64,000 nucleotides of DNA. Source: Lama guanicoe (taxonomy: Eukaryota). Under the pieces are notes generated by a model. It had not been told where the DNA came from, made no database searches, and saw only the letters and a list, made by a program, of their open reading frames with translations. The stretch spans positions 1 through 64,000 of the forward strand of contig MU054001.1 of assembly GCA_013239625.1 (NCBI GenBank). The letters are read 5' to 3'. Both the position numbers and the translations under genes were made by a program. This document shows, piece after piece, positions 61,456-64,000 of this stretch (position 1 is the stretch's first letter; each line of letters begins with the position of its first letter).

Positions 61456-64000
61456 ACCCAGCGCCGAGCCCGCTCGGTCTGGAGCCTGTTAGCGCTAATG
61501 GAGACTGACAGCGCGGCCGGGGATGGGCAGGGGCGGGGGCGCGGCGCGGGCTCAGGGGACAGCGGGAGCCCCGCTCCCCGCGACTCCAGGGACCTGGGCG
61601 CCCATTCCCTTTCCAGCACGCACTGGGACACCAGACTCAGCTCCCGGGGACACCAGGCTCTGACCTCCCACCACAGGAAGAGAACGAGACTCTCAGAACT
61701 AGGATCTCAGTCGCGTTTGAGAGGGGACCGGGAAGGGACTGGGGAGAGCAATGACAGTTCAGTACCAGCTCTATCATCCGCAGCAGGCCACTTAAACTGC
61801 CTGGCCAAAGTTTCTCCGTCAACAAAATGGGAATGTTATGCTCAGTGCTTAGGACGGCAAACTGATGACTGGCGAGCCATTGGGTGGGTTTTGGTGAGTT
61901 GGCTCAAATTGAAAGGTCGCAACCCGGCACTTACTCCTACATATGTTTGTTATGGGCAAGTCACAAGGCATTTGAGGTTGTGGCCCCTGTTGTATGAGGC
62001 TTAAAATTGCTACTCATTCACTTATTTATTCATTCATGCCCCACTTTGTTCAAGTGTTCTTACATATGCCTACTACGTGCCAAGCACTGTTCTAGGTTTT
62101 GGGATACATTAGTGGGCAACTGACTCAAAAATCCCTGATGTGATGGCATTTACAATCAGGGGAGTCAGGGAAAAACAAGAAACATAACAAATACATTATT
62201 ATGTGGTATATCAGAATGTGATCTGTGCTATGGGGTAAAAGTCAAGCAAGCTGAGGGGATGGGGAGTGCTTTGTGTGCAGAGGGTGCAGCTGCAGTTTGA
62301 CCAGGGAATTTGAGAAGAGACAGTGAAACAGGTAAAGGAATGAGTCATTTGGACCTGGTATTCATTCATTCATTCATTTACCTATTGGTTAATTTATTCA
62401 TTCATCAAGCAGAGGCTGATCACCTGCTATATGCCTGATCAGTGCTGGCTAGTGGCAAGAGCCTTCAAGGAGCTCTCAGTCCAGTGTGTAAAGAGTCCAT
62501 CACAACCCATTGTGGTCAGGATTAGTTGTGACCACAGGGGTGTGGAAATTGAGTGTGGCTGAATTAGCAAGTAAGGGATGGGGTGGTGATCCAAGAGGGC
62601 TTAATAGAAGTGACAGCACTGAAGTAAGAAAGATAGGTAGGTACACTGACCTTTCTGTTCTTTAAACATTCCAAGCTCATACCCACCCCAGGACCTTTAC
62701 ACTTGCTGTTTCTGCTGCCTAAGTTGTTCAGGTCTCAGCTCAGTGGCCCTTTTCCGACCACTCAAATTGAAAGTATACCCTTGCTCTCTCTCACATCACC
62801 CTATCACCCTATTTTATTCCTTTCATTACATCACTAATCCAGATTTATCTATGTGTTTATTGTATGTCTCCTCTTGGGTGGCATATAAGCTCCATGAAGG
62901 CAGGGACCTTGGCTGTCCTACACACTGCTATATTCCTAACATCTGGAACACACTAGAGCATCAATTATGTAAAGCAAATGAATTAATGGTGGTGCATGGG
63001 GTTGTTTAGAGCATCTCCATCAGAGCGGCCAGTATGACAGATGTCGTCTGTGGAGGATGCAGAGAGAAGGGAAAGGGAAGACTAGTGGGGTGGTGGATCT
63101 GCCTGGACTTTTGGAGGCTGATGGTTGGAGGCAGAAGATCAAGGAAAGGATTGAGCAGAGGTTTCAGGAGGAAAGCCTGGAACTACACCCATCAAGGATG
63201 TTCATCTCCTCTGACCCATGCACCATTTTGACAAGCCTATGAGGAAAGCACGAATGTAATCATCTTTCCATTTTGGGGGTCAAGAAACTGTGGCTCTGAG
63301 GTCTCAGAGGTTGGAGGTGACAGAGTTGAAGTGAGAACCCGGGTCTCCCAGCTCCCAGCCCCTGTCTTCTCCACCAGCTTATGGATGGAGGCACTCAGAA
63401 TCTCTCTAGGAGTCACGTTCCCCTCCTCTCTTCTACCTCATATCCCATCCATCTGGTCCTGAGAATTCCACCTTTAAATGCCCTGCAAACTCCCACCATC
63501 CCATGGCTGCAGCATCCCCACACAGGGTCCCCACCCATCCATCACCTTTCACTGCAGCAGCCTCCTGGCTGGTCACCCCATGCCCAGTATCTTTCCAGCC
63601 ACATGATATTCACCAGCTGCCAGAGCCTTTTCTAAAACTCAAGTCTGATCACCTCACTCTCCTGCCTAAAACTCCTCTAAGAGACAACACGTCAACGTGA
63701 TTTAATTAACCCTGGATTTGAGGTAATTCAGTTTTCTCCTTTATACTTCTCTTCATCTGCCAACTTTTCTTCAATGGGCATTTGATACTTCTGCAATCAG
63801 AAAAAAATAACCCATAATTTCTTAAAATCTTCCAATCTTTCTAAGATAATATCTACATACCTTCAACAGTACAGACAAGACTCTGCCTGTCTGTTTACCC
63901 ACATCTCTTGCTATTCTAATTCTCTCCTCATTGTCCCTGAAATTCCTTTCCTATCTCCAAAATATGCTTTATTCTTCAGCAATGTGAGAGATACTCAACT

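Larger units (their letters stand above)
60330..61620. promoter_or_regulatory. CpG island / SLC6A2 promoter
   Basis: Dense CpG and GC boxes around the first exons. Confidence 0.9.

Noticed and set aside
60988..62004. 338-aa plus-strand ORF antisense to the SLC6A2 promoter
   Set aside because: GC-rich CpG-island sequence is depleted of stop codons; low-complexity Ala/Gly/Arg peptide, no ATG start at the listed position, no recognisable domain

Overview
Mammalian genomic DNA, most likely a camelid (four tRNA-derived SINEs resembling Vic-1). The right two-thirds hold the complete noradrenaline transporter gene SLC6A2 on the minus strand: a CpG-island promoter, a non-coding exon 1, 14 coding exons totalling 1854 nt (617 aa), and a downstream alternative last exon that here carries a premature TGA. 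The left part is the edge of the carboxylesterase cluster. An intact CES1-family first exon (minus, 936-987) lies head-to-head with a CES1-family pseudogene (plus) that has lost its ATG, lacks exons 3-8 and has its catalytic Glu motif destroyed. The two copies form an old inverted duplication containing a 524-bp tract with one visible mismatch, suggesting recent gene conversion. Each copy has its own sense-oriented solo LTR of one family. Divergent CTCF motifs separate the CES and SLC6A2 parts. No wholly new gene system was found; the novelty is structural and isoform-level. Repeat family names and ortholog comparisons are from memory, not from a database search.
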